Shown: in pieces, positions 28,320-38,104 of the stretch
Layout of the letters: every line of letters begins with the position of its first letter
Numbering within the stretch: position 1 is the stretch's first letter
Assembly (NCBI GenBank): GCA_963675525.2
Contig: CAXXSL010000019.1
Coordinates: 184,842-248,841, forward strand
Source of the DNA: Anaerohalosphaeraceae bacterium
GTDB lineage: Bacteria; Planctomycetota; Phycisphaerae; Sedimentisphaerales; Anaerohalosphaeraceae
Length of the DNA: 64,000 nt
Reading direction: 5' to 3'
Made by a program: the position numbers and the translations under genes
The notes under the pieces: generated by a model
What the model was told of the DNA's origin: nothing
What the model saw: only the letters and a program-made list of their open reading frames with translations
The model's database searches: none

Positions 28320-28460
28320 CAGTTAGCATCCACTTCTTCTGCTGAAAAAGAGACTCGATGCAGAGTTGATTTTATTCTTGCGTCTATAACTTAATCTGGT
28401 ATTATTCTGGTTTACTTGTTTCGTTTTTTCTGGTTAAAAATCAATCTCGTGGAGTAGTAT

Positions 28461-28790
28461 ATGAAGTATAAATTATTCCTGTTTATCCTTATGGTAATAT
28501 CAGTACTTTTTATTGTTGGTTGTCAAGAGAGCAGTCAAACTCAACCGCAACGGATTGTCTCTGGCGAACCAAATACAGCACAGGTGATTCTTCTGAACTG
28601 CAAGACGTTTCCACAAAAGATGGTTGGAATTTGGCTAAATGAAGAGAATGGCTGGATACTGAGGATTGAAGAAAATGGCCGTCTGTCAAAGATTCGCCAC
28701 ACCATTGGCCGTGCGGATTTGGCGGCAGGAAAGACATCGACCTTTCCACTAGTTGGAGGAAAATCCGGAACCATCGAGCCGGGGCCATGG
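28461..28790 (+). CDS. hypothetical lipoprotein, truncated at the junction
   Basis: Lipobox IVGC. After ...IEPGPW the frame continues into the antisense of another gene. Confidence 0.6.
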
Positions 28791-28796
28791 ATGTCT
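28785..28796. other. probable chimeric/concatenation junction between two genomes
   Basis: Two convergent genes are both cut at this point, and gene content switches from planctomycete-like to clostridial-like. Confidence 0.8.
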
Positions 28797-29108
28797 TGCG
28801 GCTTCCATGGTAAAGGCTATGGGCTTCTCCAGAAAGACATGCTTCTTCGCTTCTGCGATTTTCAGACAATATTGCTCGTTTAACCAGCTGGGTACGCAAA
28901 CGTCGATCATGTCGATTTCGCTGTCGGACAGCATCTGTTCAAAGCTGTCATAAGCGCGGATGTCATGCTCTCTTGCGAATGCGCTGCGCCTCTCCTCGTG
29001 CGGCGAATAGACGCCGGCCATTTCAGCCACTTTGGAACCGTTGTTTTTCAGCCCTTTCGTATGGGCCGCGGCCATCGTACCCGAGCCCAGCAGTCCGATC
29101 CTGATCAT
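28791..29108 (-). CDS. Gfo/Idh/MocA oxidoreductase, N-terminal third only (truncated)
   Basis: MIRIGLLGSGTMA...KHVFLEKPIAFTMEAAR, then unrelated sequence. Confidence 0.85.
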
Positions 29109-29197
29109 GTTATCTTCTCCCAAACATGATTTCCAACCCGGTCCATTTTGCACATGTTTAATTGCTGTTGCCTGCCGCCGCTCCGATGCATCCCACG

Positions 29198-29965
29198 TTA
29201 TTTGTAGTAAGTTCTTCCGCCGTCCACAAGGAGGTTGTGCCCGCAGATATAGGACGCTTTATCCGAGACCAGAAATACCACGGCATTGGCGATATCCTCC
29301 GGGGTGCCGACCCTTCCCACGGGCAGGCTTTTACCGTATGCTTCCACGACATCATCCGTGGGATACCTCTCCCTGAACATATCCGTGTCGATCACCGCGG
29401 GCGAAACGATATTGACGCGGATGCCGATCCCGGCATACTCCTTCACAAGCTGCCTTGCAAGGCCCTCCACGCCCGCTTTCGCCGCGGGATAAGCAACCGT
29501 ATTCCCGCCGCCGTTGATGACCGCGTTCGTACTGATGAACACGATCTTGCCATACTTCCTTTCGATCATAGAACCGATCGCATACCTTGCGCAGAAGTAC
29601 GCCCCGTCCAGTATGACGTTCAGCATCTTGCGCCATAGCGCATAATCCATCTCCTCAAATTTGGACGGGATCAATATCGCCGCGTTGCAGACAAGGATGT
29701 CGATTTTACCGTATTTCTGAATGACCGTATCCATGAAGCTTTTCACTTCTTCCTCGTTGGATACATCCATTTTAACTCCGCACGCCTGCACACCGCAGCC
29801 CATTAGCTCCGCTTCAAGCTGCCGCGAGAGCACTTCCTCGCGGTGGTAGCTGAATACCACGTCCGCGCCCGCAATCGCGAGCTGCCTGCAGCACTCGGCC
29901 CCAATGCCGCGGGACCCGCCCACGACCACAGCGGTTTTACCTGTCAGATCAATTTCAAAGGCCAT
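29198..29965 (-). CDS. short-chain dehydrogenase/reductase (FabG-like)
   Basis: GGSRGIG, CNAA, YPAAK. RBS AAGGAG before MAFEIDL. Confidence 0.9.
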   Translation of the reverse strand: MAFEIDLTGKTAVVVGGSRGIGAECCRQLAIAGADVVFSYHREEVLSRQLEAELMGCGVQACGVKMDVSNEEEVKSFMDTVIQKYGKIDILVCNAAILIPSKFEEMDYALWRKMLNVILDGAYFCARYAIGSMIERKYGKIVFISTNAVINGGGNTVAYPAAKAGVEGLARQLVKEYAGIGIRVNIVSPAVIDTDMFRERYPTDDVVEAYGKSLPVGRVGTPEDIANAVVFLVSDKASYICGHNLLVDGGRTYYK

Positions 29966-30021
29966 ATGATCGCTCCTTAAAATAAATGGGTAAACTTTCG
30001 CTTTGCCCATTTAGAATTTGA

Positions 30022-31356
30022 TTAGAACAGTTCTTCAAGCGTTCTTTCAAATATGTCTACGATTTCATCCGCTTCAGCCTTTGTCACAGTCAACGGCGGC
30101 TTAAACTTCAGCAGGAACTTCTTGTATCCTCCGGTTCCGAGGATTAGGCCGTTTTCGATCGCCCTGTCCCTAATCTTCTTGGCAAGTGCCGAGCTCATTG
30201 GCTCGCCGGTTTTGGGATCGATCATCTCCGCGCCGATATGTAACCCCACCTGCCTCACATCGCCGATGACCGGGTATGTCTTTGCAAGCTCCTTGAGTTT
30301 GTCGCCGAGGTAATTCCCCACCGTGTTCACGTTGTCCAGGATGTGGTCCCTTCTGACGATCTCGATCTGTTTGAGCGCAGTCACCTGCGAAACGGAGTTG
30401 TTGGCGAACGTATGCAGCTCCTCGGCGTTCATGGTGAAGCCTTCAAGCCGGTCGTGAATGATGACCGCGGCAATGGGAAGCCCTGCGCCCAGCCCCTTGC
30501 CCAGCACGATGATATCCGGCTCCACGTCGTAGTAATTCGCCGCGTACCAATCGCCGATGCGCATATAGGTCTGGATCTCGTCGAAAATGAGCAGCGCGCC
30601 GAGATCGTCAGCCAGCTTACGCATCTTCTGCAGGTATTTTTTCGGCGCGGGCAACTGTCCGCCGCTGGCCTGGATCGGCTCCACGATGATGCCGGCAAGC
30701 GGCCCCGTAACGCCTTTTTCAAGCATCAGCCGTGCGAAATCGACACATTCGGCGTTGCAGGTTTTCACATCTTTCCCAAAATAGCACCTGTGGCAATACT
30801 GATTTGGGATCCTGGTGAAGTTGTTGTTTACATTGCTGAGAAAGCTCTCCTGGCCCGTATATTTTCCCGAAGCTTTGGTGGTTATCCAGGATGCGCCCGC
30901 AGCCGTGAGGCCGCTTCCGTGATAGCTGTCCCACAGGCACGCGAAATTCCTTGCGTTTTTGGTGTTTTTCAGCGCGATCTTCATGGCCGCTTCAATCGCA
31001 GGCCCGCCGCCGACTGTAAAGGATACGCGGTTTAAATTCTTGGGAGCCAGGGCGGCAAGCTCACTCGCCAACAGGTATCTTTGCCGGGTATCAAATCCCT
31101 GATGGATGTGGCTCATGGTATTCATGTGTTCATACACAGCCTGCCTGATTTCCTGATTTCCAAATCCCAAATACATCGCCCAGCTCTGAGACGTACAATC
31201 GATATAGTTTTTACCGTTGATATCCGTCAACTTAACCCCTTCACCGGATACGATACACGCGGTTGACGGCGTTCCCCCACCGACCATCAGATTCTCAGAA
31301 TACTTTGCTATGTCCTCTTCGGTAATTCCCTGAATCCGTTCGAGCAAGCTGTCCAT
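30022..31356 (-). CDS. class III PLP-dependent aminotransferase
   Basis: SYHG, EPIQASGG, LIFDEIQT, LGKGLGAG, HTF. RBS AGGAGG before MDSLL. Confidence 0.9.
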   Translation of the reverse strand: MDSLLERIQGITEEDIAKYSENLMVGGGTPSTACIVSGEGVKLTDINGKNYIDCTSQSWAMYLGFGNQEIRQAVYEHMNTMSHIHQGFDTRQRYLLASELAALAPKNLNRVSFTVGGGPAIEAAMKIALKNTKNARNFACLWDSYHGSGLTAAGASWITTKASGKYTGQESFLSNVNNNFTRIPNQYCHRCYFGKDVKTCNAECVDFARLMLEKGVTGPLAGIIVEPIQASGGQLPAPKKYLQKMRKLADDLGALLIFDEIQTYMRIGDWYAANYYDVEPDIIVLGKGLGAGLPIAAVIIHDRLEGFTMNAEELHTFANNSVSQVTALKQIEIVRRDHILDNVNTVGNYLGDKLKELAKTYPVIGDVRQVGLHIGAEMIDPKTGEPMSSALAKKIRDRAIENGLILGTGGYKKFLLKFKPPLTVTKAEADEIVDIFERTLEELF

Positions 31357-31482
31357 TGATAACCCTCCTAAATATTTTTCACAGAAGCCGGTAACTACAT
31401 TGTTGCCAACATCCATTATCACATATTTATATTTACTTACATGTGAATGACGTTTGCTATCATCTATGCTTTATATATGTTT

Positions 31483-31511
31483 ATATTATATTTATTAATT
31501 ATACTTGTCAA
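31483..31511 (-). promoter_or_regulatory. sigmaA-type promoter
   Basis: TTGACA-N17-TAATAT (overlapping TATAAT) in an AT-rich intergenic region. Confidence 0.55.
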
Positions 31512-31745
31512 GTTTATATTTGATTTTATTTTTATTTATTTTATAGATATGTGTACCCTGCTTTTTTTATTAATCTATTCGCTTTAAAAAAACAAAAAGG
31601 CTGTATTTCAGCCTTTTCCGGTCGTATATCGCCTTTGCCAAATCCCCGCTTTTCGAAAACAAAAAAATCGGCCTGACGCTCCGGTTATAGTTAAAAAAAG
31701 TGAATTGATGGTTTACATTGGTTCAGGTTGATCATCTCTTCGCCT

Positions 31746-32048
31746 TTAATCCGCGTTAAAATAAAACATCTCTTCCATGTCGATAGCGTGCGCTTCGTCG
31801 ATAATGTCTTTCATATATTCATCCCAGCGCTTCTTCACTTCGCTGGTCTTCAGTATTCCAACTGCCCGTGCCAAATCTTCAATTTCAAAATACTGAAACA
31901 GCCGCTCTCCCGCGTTCCAAATGGAATAGTTCTTAAACCCGCACGCCGTCAATAAATCGTGCATTTCCGGCCAAAGCTCATCATGTCTTCTTTTATACTC
32001 TTCCTTCATACCGGGCTTCATGTTCATGACGCTTGCATACCGCTTCAT
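31746..32048 (-). CDS. rhaM: L-rhamnose mutarotase family protein
   Basis: EEYKRRHDELWPEM, NYSIW, RWDEYM. Start MKRYASV. Confidence 0.85.
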   Translation of the reverse strand: MKRYASVMNMKPGMKEEYKRRHDELWPEMHDLLTACGFKNYSIWNAGERLFQYFEIEDLARAVGILKTSEVKKRWDEYMKDIIDEAHAIDMEEMFYFNAD

Positions 32049-32079
32049 AGGCTTTTCCTCCGTCAACTTGGCAGTGCTT

Positions 32080-33132
32080 TCAAGAAAAATCTTGATTTCT
32101 GCACGTTTCAATAAAAGCAAGTATATTTTCCTTGGGATAATCCTCGCATACGATGATTCCGGGTGCAAGTATTAATCCACCGTTATATGACAAATTGTGT
32201 ACGGAGTCCTTTATTTCACTAATGACATCGTCAGGGGTTCCAAAAGGCATGGTCCTTTGACCGCTGATAACACCAAACAGCGTAAAAACATCTCCGAATT
32301 GTTTTTTTATACTGTAAACATTCATAACCTCGGGTTGAACCGGGTTGATTACCTCAATACCTGCTTCTGCAATTTTGCCAAGTATACTCTCAATATTCCC
32401 ATCACTATGCAGAAAAATATTCGTGTCCTTGCTCTTCTTCTTTATATATTCACAAATACACTTTATTCTCGGATAAATGAGCCTGATCCATCTTTCTTTT
32501 CCAATTAAAATGCCCCTTTGATCGCCCCAATCATCATTAAGCTTTATGGCATCCACATTCTTTTCAAACAGATAATCAATCACTAATAAATTATACTCTA
32601 CAATTTTATCAAGCAGTTTTTCAGCAAATGCTTCATTGAGGACGCAATCCTCAAGAAAGTTTTGCATTCCTCTTAAATTAAACGCCTTCTCAATAAGCGT
32701 ATAAATAATGTTTCCAACGCAATAAAGGTCGGAATTGTTTTGTATTCCCTCCTTTATTCCGACAAACCAGTCATCACATGGTTCGGGGAATTTGTATCCC
32801 TCCAGCGAATCCTTAAGAAGGGCAGGCCTTACGATTTCGCCTGCATAACCATCTTTCTCCGCCCATATACACCCGAACACATCTTTATAGTATTTACTGT
32901 CTTTCCTGAAATCAATTCCTTTTATATTTGATTCCTTGCTTATTTCTTCTATATATAACTTAGGTCTAACGGTATAAATATAACTCCCAATTTCCCTGTT
33001 TAGGTCCTTGCTGTTCCACAGATTTTTAAGCCATTCAGCCACAAAAGGCCTGAAGCTTGCGTAATAAGGAATGCATTCTGTTTTTTTGTGACTAATGGCC
33101 GCCCTAACGACTTCCTTTTTATTTAACTTCAC
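32080..33132 (-). CDS. uroporphyrinogen decarboxylase (URO-D/MtaA-CmuA) family protein
   Basis: DVFGCIW, LRGMQNFL, DDWGDQ, HSDGN, NPVQPE, GGLILAP. Confidence 0.82.
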   Translation of the reverse strand: MKLNKKEVVRAAISHKKTECIPYYASFRPFVAEWLKNLWNSKDLNREIGSYIYTVRPKLYIEEISKESNIKGIDFRKDSKYYKDVFGCIWAEKDGYAGEIVRPALLKDSLEGYKFPEPCDDWFVGIKEGIQNNSDLYCVGNIIYTLIEKAFNLRGMQNFLEDCVLNEAFAEKLLDKIVEYNLLVIDYLFEKNVDAIKLNDDWGDQRGILIGKERWIRLIYPRIKCICEYIKKKSKDTNIFLHSDGNIESILGKIAEAGIEVINPVQPEVMNVYSIKKQFGDVFTLFGVISGQRTMPFGTPDDVISEIKDSVHNLSYNGGLILAPGIIVCEDYPKENILAFIETCRNQDFS

Positions 33133-33218
33133 TTAATACTCAACCGGCCTTTCATATTAGTAGGAATATACATATAGCATCCTTAGCCAGCTTTTTTAGC
33201 GTTTCTGTTTTTAAACGT

Positions 33219-33248
33219 GAAAGGGAGGAGATGGTCTCCTCCCTTTTC
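33219..33248 (-). terminator. intrinsic terminator after RLP
   Basis: GAAAGGGAGGAGA-tgg-TCTCCTCCCTTTTC. Confidence 0.75.
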
Positions 33249-33260
33249 AGCATTTGTTAA

Positions 33261-34616
33261 TCAGTCCAGCTTCATCGGCTTGGGGCGCAGCGCCTCGGAA
33301 GCCCTGAGCCACTTGGACGCCGGGCGGGTGGGCATACCCCACTTCTCCAGCGCGCGCTTCAGTTCCTTGTTCTCCGGCTTCTTGGCGAATTCGACGAACT
33401 GCTCGTCCGTCTCGGTATCCATCGCGCCGCGGATCGCCTGCTGCCACGCCGCCGCTCCGGCCGTGTATCCGTCCGGATGGCCCAGCATGCCGCCGCCCGA
33501 AGGAATGACGATGTCCGTGCCGTACTCGCCCAGCAGAATGGGCGCAAGCCCCGGATAGGTCCCCGCTGCCGGCATGGGCGCGGTCGGCTTGATGTGCTGC
33601 CACGGCGCCAGCTTGACCTGCCCGGTACGCAGTCCTTCCTCGTGTGATACCATCGGGATCGAGGAGTAGATGTAGGGCGTCAGCATCAGATCCGCGCCGC
33701 ACATTCTGGAAAGCTTGGCCAGCACCGGCCACGATATGCTCTTCATCATCGCGATCATATGCGAGCCGTGCATCATGATGGGTACGTTGAGCTCCGGATC
33801 GGCTGTCAGCTCTTTGAAGGAGGAAAGCCCCTGCGAGTAGGTGATCAGTATGCCGTTGCCGCCCATCCCGACCAGCTTCCTTGCACGGTCGTGCACCTTG
33901 TTGCACTCGTCCGTGATGGAGCACAGATAGATCGGCATCTTGCCGGTCTTCTCCTTGGCCTTGTGCAGTGCTTCCATGACGTATTTCAGCCTGTCTTCAA
34001 ACGTGCAGTTGTACACGTCCGATTGCATTTCGTCGTCCTTGATCATGTCTACGCCGCCGATGGCGGTATCGTAGCACTGGGCTGCCGTGGCCTTGGGCGT
34101 CATGCCCATCTTGGGCTTGATGATGTGCAGCGACAGCGGCCTTCTCTCCTCCACGCCGATCAGCTTCCGGAGGCCTTCGGGGCCGAACTTGGGTCCGGGG
34201 AAATTGTCGGTGAACGCTTCGGGGATGGCCACGTCGAGTATGCGGAACGTGTCGCAATACGCAAAGCAGTTGCCCGCGAACGAGAGCAGCATCATCGGCA
34301 GGTTATCCCGGAACGCATTGACGCTCATCGCGAGCTGCACCACCGCTTCAGCTACGTACGGGTCTTCGTTGGGGATCTGGTAGTAGCCGACGAGCTTGCA
34401 GGACAGCGTGTCCCGCACTTCGAACGTATCGTCCTTGATCTTTTCCCACGTTCCCGTGGAAGACTCCAGCGCCAGCGACTGGATCAGGCTCATGTGATCC
34501 AGAAAGTCAACGCCCTCCTTGCGGGCCTTCATATAATATGTGGCGATAATGTGATTCTTTAAGTCGATGCTCTCCAGCATATTATTGAATATTTCCGGCT
34601 GATAGTATGTGCGCAT
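33261..34616 (-). CDS. RuBisCO-like protein (form IV)
   Basis: ESSTGTW, FPGPKFG, IIKPKMG, GGVDMIKDDE, GGGMLGHPDG. No recognisable loop-6 Lys334 motif. Confidence 0.9.
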   Translation of the reverse strand: MRTYYQPEIFNNMLESIDLKNHIIATYYMKARKEGVDFLDHMSLIQSLALESSTGTWEKIKDDTFEVRDTLSCKLVGYYQIPNEDPYVAEAVVQLAMSVNAFRDNLPMMLLSFAGNCFAYCDTFRILDVAIPEAFTDNFPGPKFGPEGLRKLIGVEERRPLSLHIIKPKMGMTPKATAAQCYDTAIGGVDMIKDDEMQSDVYNCTFEDRLKYVMEALHKAKEKTGKMPIYLCSITDECNKVHDRARKLVGMGGNGILITYSQGLSSFKELTADPELNVPIMMHGSHMIAMMKSISWPVLAKLSRMCGADLMLTPYIYSSIPMVSHEEGLRTGQVKLAPWQHIKPTAPMPAAGTYPGLAPILLGEYGTDIVIPSGGGMLGHPDGYTAGAAAWQQAIRGAMDTETDEQFVEFAKKPENKELKRALEKWGMPTRPASKWLRASEALRPKPMKLD

Positions 34617-34654
34617 TGTAAACCCTCACTTTGAAATATAAATTTGATGGCTTC

Positions 34655-34683
34655 ATCATAGCATATGATATTCCTATTTGCAA
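34655..34683 (-). promoter_or_regulatory. sigmaA-type promoter of the RLP gene
   Basis: TTGCAA-N17-TATGAT with extended -10 TG. Confidence 0.65.
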
Positions 34684-34739
34684 CTCTGGATTTGCTTTTA
34701 TCTTTTTATATTTGTTATTTGCAAATTATAATACAAAAG

Positions 34740-34770
34740 AATACCGCACTCCATGATGTGCGGTATTAAA
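34740..34770 (-). terminator. hairpin/terminator after galE
   Basis: AATACCGCAC/GTGCGGTATT inverted repeat. Confidence 0.6.
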
Positions 34771-34789
34771 ATGCCTTTGTGTTTTCGTT

Positions 34790-35776
34790 TTAATCCGTAT
34801 AGCCGCGTGGATGGCTCCCGTGCCACCGCCACTCGGACTCAATGATCAAACCGATATCCTCATACTGTGGTTTCCATCCCAGCACCCTTCTGGCCTTGCT
34901 TGAATCGGCAACCAGCCTGGCCGGGTCCCCCGGGCGGCGGTCTGCCATGACCACCTTGATCTCCCTGCCGGTCACCTCACGCGCCTTGCGGATAATCTCC
35001 ATCACGGAAAAACCGTTGCCGCTGCCCAGGTTGAAGCTGTCCGAAGTGCCGCCGTTTTGCAGATATTCCAGCGCCAGAATGTGCGCTTCCGCAAGGTCCA
35101 TCACGTGCACATAGTCGCGGATACACGTGCCGTCCGGCGTATCGTAATCGCTGCCGAATACGCTGACGCTCTCCCGCTTGCCCATTGCCGCCTGCAGCAC
35201 GATGGGTACCAGATGCGACTCCGGGTCGTGGTCCTCTCCGATTTTACCGGACGGGTGCGCACCCGCCGCGTTGAAATACCGCGGCGCCGCCCATTTGATG
35301 CCGTATGCCTCGTCGCACCAGCGGAGCATCTTCTCTACCGCCAGCTTTGTCTCGCCGTACGGATTGACCGGGGTCTTTTCGCTGTCCTCGCTGATGGGTA
35401 CGCTCTTGGGAAATCCATATACCGCGGCGGTGGAGGAAAATACGATATGCTTTACGCCGTGCCGGTTCATGCTCTCCAGCATGCACATCACGGTATAGAC
35501 GTTGTTGCGGTAGAACGAAAGCGGGTCCTTCATGCTCAGGCCCACCTCGATATCGGCGGCGAAGTGGATCACTGCGTCAATGTCGTTTTCCCCGAACACC
35601 TTATCAATGAACGCGGCGTCTCGGATATCACCGGTATAAAGCTTTCCGCCAATTACCGCGTCTTTATGTCCCTTCACCATGCTGTCCACCACAACGACAT
35701 TTTCGCCCTTTTCGAGCAGCGCCGCCACCGTATGGCTCCCGATATACCCCGCGCCCCCCGCAACCATTATTGCCAT
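34790..35776 (-). CDS. galE: UDP-glucose 4-epimerase
   Basis: GGAGYIGSH, FSSTAAVYG, YGETK, RYFNAAGA, DGTCIRDYVHV. Confidence 0.96.
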   Translation of the reverse strand: MAIMVAGGAGYIGSHTVAALLEKGENVVVVDSMVKGHKDAVIGGKLYTGDIRDAAFIDKVFGENDIDAVIHFAADIEVGLSMKDPLSFYRNNVYTVMCMLESMNRHGVKHIVFSSTAAVYGFPKSVPISEDSEKTPVNPYGETKLAVEKMLRWCDEAYGIKWAAPRYFNAAGAHPSGKIGEDHDPESHLVPIVLQAAMGKRESVSVFGSDYDTPDGTCIRDYVHVMDLAEAHILALEYLQNGGTSDSFNLGSGNGFSVMEIIRKAREVTGREIKVVMADRRPGDPARLVADSSKARRVLGWKPQYEDIGLIIESEWRWHGSHPRGYTD

Positions 35777-36945
35777 GAAATAACCTCCCTCGCGCCGTCA
35801 CCGGCATTGGATTGATAGAACGCGGGTGCGTATCCGATCCGCCGGGTATACGCCTCCGCCATTGCTTTCTTAAATGCTTCCGTCTTCGTCTTCTCAACGA
35901 TGCTGATGTTGCACCCGCCGAAGCCGCCGCCCGTCATGCGCGACCCAATGACGCCGTCGATGCCCATCGCGATGTCGAAAACGGCGTCGAGCTCCTTGCC
36001 CGTCGCTTCATAGTCGTCCCGCATGGAGACGTTCGCCTCGCAGAGCAGCTTACCGAAGGCGGCGATATCGCCCCGCTCCAGCGCTGAAAGCGACGCTACG
36101 GTACGCGCTTCCTCCGTGGCGCAGTGCCGCGCCCGCCGGTACAGCTTTTCGTTGCTGAAAAAGCGCTTAAAGCCCTCCAGTTCCTTCGGGCGGATCGCGC
36201 ACAGGTTCGGGTAATCGCCCCCGTTGCCGTTGATAACCGTCAACGCCTGTTCGCATTCGCTCCGCCTCCGGTTATACTGCGAGTCGGTCAGCTTGTGCGG
36301 GGCGTTCGTGTTGGTGATCACGATGGTGTATTCTCCTAATTCGAGCGGCACATACCGGTATTCCAGCGTGCTGCAGTCGAGGAATATCGCGTGACCCTTC
36401 TTCGCCATCGCGGAGGCGAACTGATCCATGATACCGCATTTCATGCCGACGTACTCGTTCTCCGCCTTCTGGGCGAGCAACGCAATTTGTACCATATCGA
36501 GGTCTTCACGCCCGCCCAGCTTCGCGAGCGCCACCGCCGTCGCTACCTCGATCGAGGCGGAGGAGGAAAGCCCCGCGCCGAACGGCACGGTCCCGTGGTA
36601 CAACAAATCGCAGCCGACGAGGCTGTATCCCGCCTGCTGCAATATATACGCCACGCCGCACTGGTAGCTGCCCCAGCGCAAATGTTTGTAATTTTCCAGC
36701 GCACCCAAGTCCGCACTGACCCGGTCGGGCAGGTCGGTCGCCGCGAGGCTGATGGCCTGCGTACCGTTGGGCCGTGCGATCACAACGGTCGTCATATCCA
36801 GCGCCGCGGGGAACACGTGACCGCCATTGTAGTCGATATGCTCGCCGATCAGGTTGATGCGCCCCGGCGCTTCGAATATACAGATGCCATTCTCTGTTCC
36901 CCCGTAGATTTTCAATAATTCCGTCACAAGCTCGTGATATGTCAT
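35767..36945 (-). CDS. galK: galactokinase
   Basis: APGRINLIGEHIDYN, GAGLSSSA, CGIMDQ, RMTGGGFGG. Confidence 0.96.
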   Translation of the reverse strand: MTYHELVTELLKIYGGTENGICIFEAPGRINLIGEHIDYNGGHVFPAALDMTTVVIARPNGTQAISLAATDLPDRVSADLGALENYKHLRWGSYQCGVAYILQQAGYSLVGCDLLYHGTVPFGAGLSSSASIEVATAVALAKLGGREDLDMVQIALLAQKAENEYVGMKCGIMDQFASAMAKKGHAIFLDCSTLEYRYVPLELGEYTIVITNTNAPHKLTDSQYNRRRSECEQALTVINGNGGDYPNLCAIRPKELEGFKRFFSNEKLYRRARHCATEEARTVASLSALERGDIAAFGKLLCEANVSMRDDYEATGKELDAVFDIAMGIDGVIGSRMTGGGFGGCNISIVEKTKTEAFKKAMAEAYTRRIGYAPAFYQSNAGDGAREVISWQ

Positions 36946-37916
36946 ATGCTGCTCCGCATTATATATTTTTGGTACGCCGCCCGCAGCTCAACCGCTTTTT
37001 CCTCAGGCGCGGTCGGGTTGCAGTGCGCCCACGCGCCCGTTTCGCTGGACGCGAGGAACTGCTGCTTGTCCTTGCTCCGCATGGGCGTGAAGAATTCGAT
37101 ATGAAAGTGGAAGCTGTCCATATCGCCCATGTGGACTGGTGCGTTGTACATGCACATCATGTAGGGGAACGGCATGTCAAACAGGCTGTCGTACATTCCC
37201 ACCGTGGCGCGCAGCGTCTCCGCCATCGTCCGTTTTTCCGCTTCGTCAAATTCCGCAATGCATTGGATGTGTTTTTTGGATATGATCTGCGTGCCGTAAG
37301 CAAACTCGGAGTAGAACGGGATGATCACGCTGAAATGTTCGTTTTCAAAGATGACGCGCTTACCCGCCTTCTCTTCCGCCTTCATCCAGTCGCAGAAGAC
37401 GCAGCGGCCCGTCTCCGCTTTATGCTTTTGCGCGCAGTCCAGCTTGAGTTCCAGCTTCTTAGGCAAAAACGGGTAGGCATAGATCTGCCCGTGCGGGTGC
37501 GGCATCGTAACGCCTACCACCTCGCCGCGGTTCTCGAATATCATGATGTACTTCGTTTTTTCGTACTTCGAGAGATCAACAAACCGTTCGCACCACAGGT
37601 CGACAAGCTTTTTGACGTGCGGTATGGAAAGCTGCGGCAGCGTCGCATTGTGATCCGGCGAGTACAGGATCACCTCGCACTTGCCGTATGCCTTCTCCAC
37701 CCTGAAAAAATCCGTGGCCACATCGTCGGGTTCCGGCGGGTCCATGGAGAGCGCGGGAAAGTCGTTATCGTACTTTAAAACTTCGTAGTGATCCGGCACC
37801 CTGCCCGACCCCGGACAGAAGGGACACCAGTCTTTGGGCATCTGTGGCCGGCCCTGCCTCGCTGACGCCACCATCACCCAGTCGTTCTTGAAGGGGTTCC
37901 ATCTCAGTTCCGCCAT
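36942..37916 (-). CDS. galT: galactose-1-phosphate uridylyltransferase
   Basis: ELRWNP, CPFCPG, NDFPAL, FENRG, HPHGQ. Confidence 0.95.
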   Translation of the reverse strand: MAELRWNPFKNDWVMVASARQGRPQMPKDWCPFCPGSGRVPDHYEVLKYDNDFPALSMDPPEPDDVATDFFRVEKAYGKCEVILYSPDHNATLPQLSIPHVKKLVDLWCERFVDLSKYEKTKYIMIFENRGEVVGVTMPHPHGQIYAYPFLPKKLELKLDCAQKHKAETGRCVFCDWMKAEEKAGKRVIFENEHFSVIIPFYSEFAYGTQIISKKHIQCIAEFDEAEKRTMAETLRATVGMYDSLFDMPFPYMMCMYNAPVHMGDMDSFHFHIEFFTPMRSKDKQQFLASSETGAWAHCNPTAPEEKAVELRAAYQKYIMRSSI

Positions 37917-37985
37917 TATGATCTCCTGTTGTTCCGTTTCTCTGGTCTTCAAGATTATATGACTTTTTTAAGTTTTCTTCAACTT

Positions 37986-38017
37986 AAAAACCTGCAGAGC
38001 GCTCCTGCAGGTTTTTA
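37986..38017. terminator. intrinsic terminator
   Basis: AAAAACCTGCAG...CTGCAGGTTTTT. Confidence 0.7.
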
Positions 38018-38104
38018 TAAAAGGGACGGTCTTAGGTAAAAAAGACCCGTGAGTATATACCCATTCTTCCGTTCTGTTCACGTGCGGCATGCCGGGCATG
38101 ATGA

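Noticed and set aside
28785..28809. Two CCATGG (NcoI) sites at the junction as a cloning scar
   Set aside because: Each site is explained by the coding sequence of its own gene (PW and TM codons), so it may be coincidence.
33261..34616. Carboxylating RuBisCO / Calvin cycle
   Set aside because: Lys334 and Ser379 region residues are missing, and no rbcS or prk is nearby.
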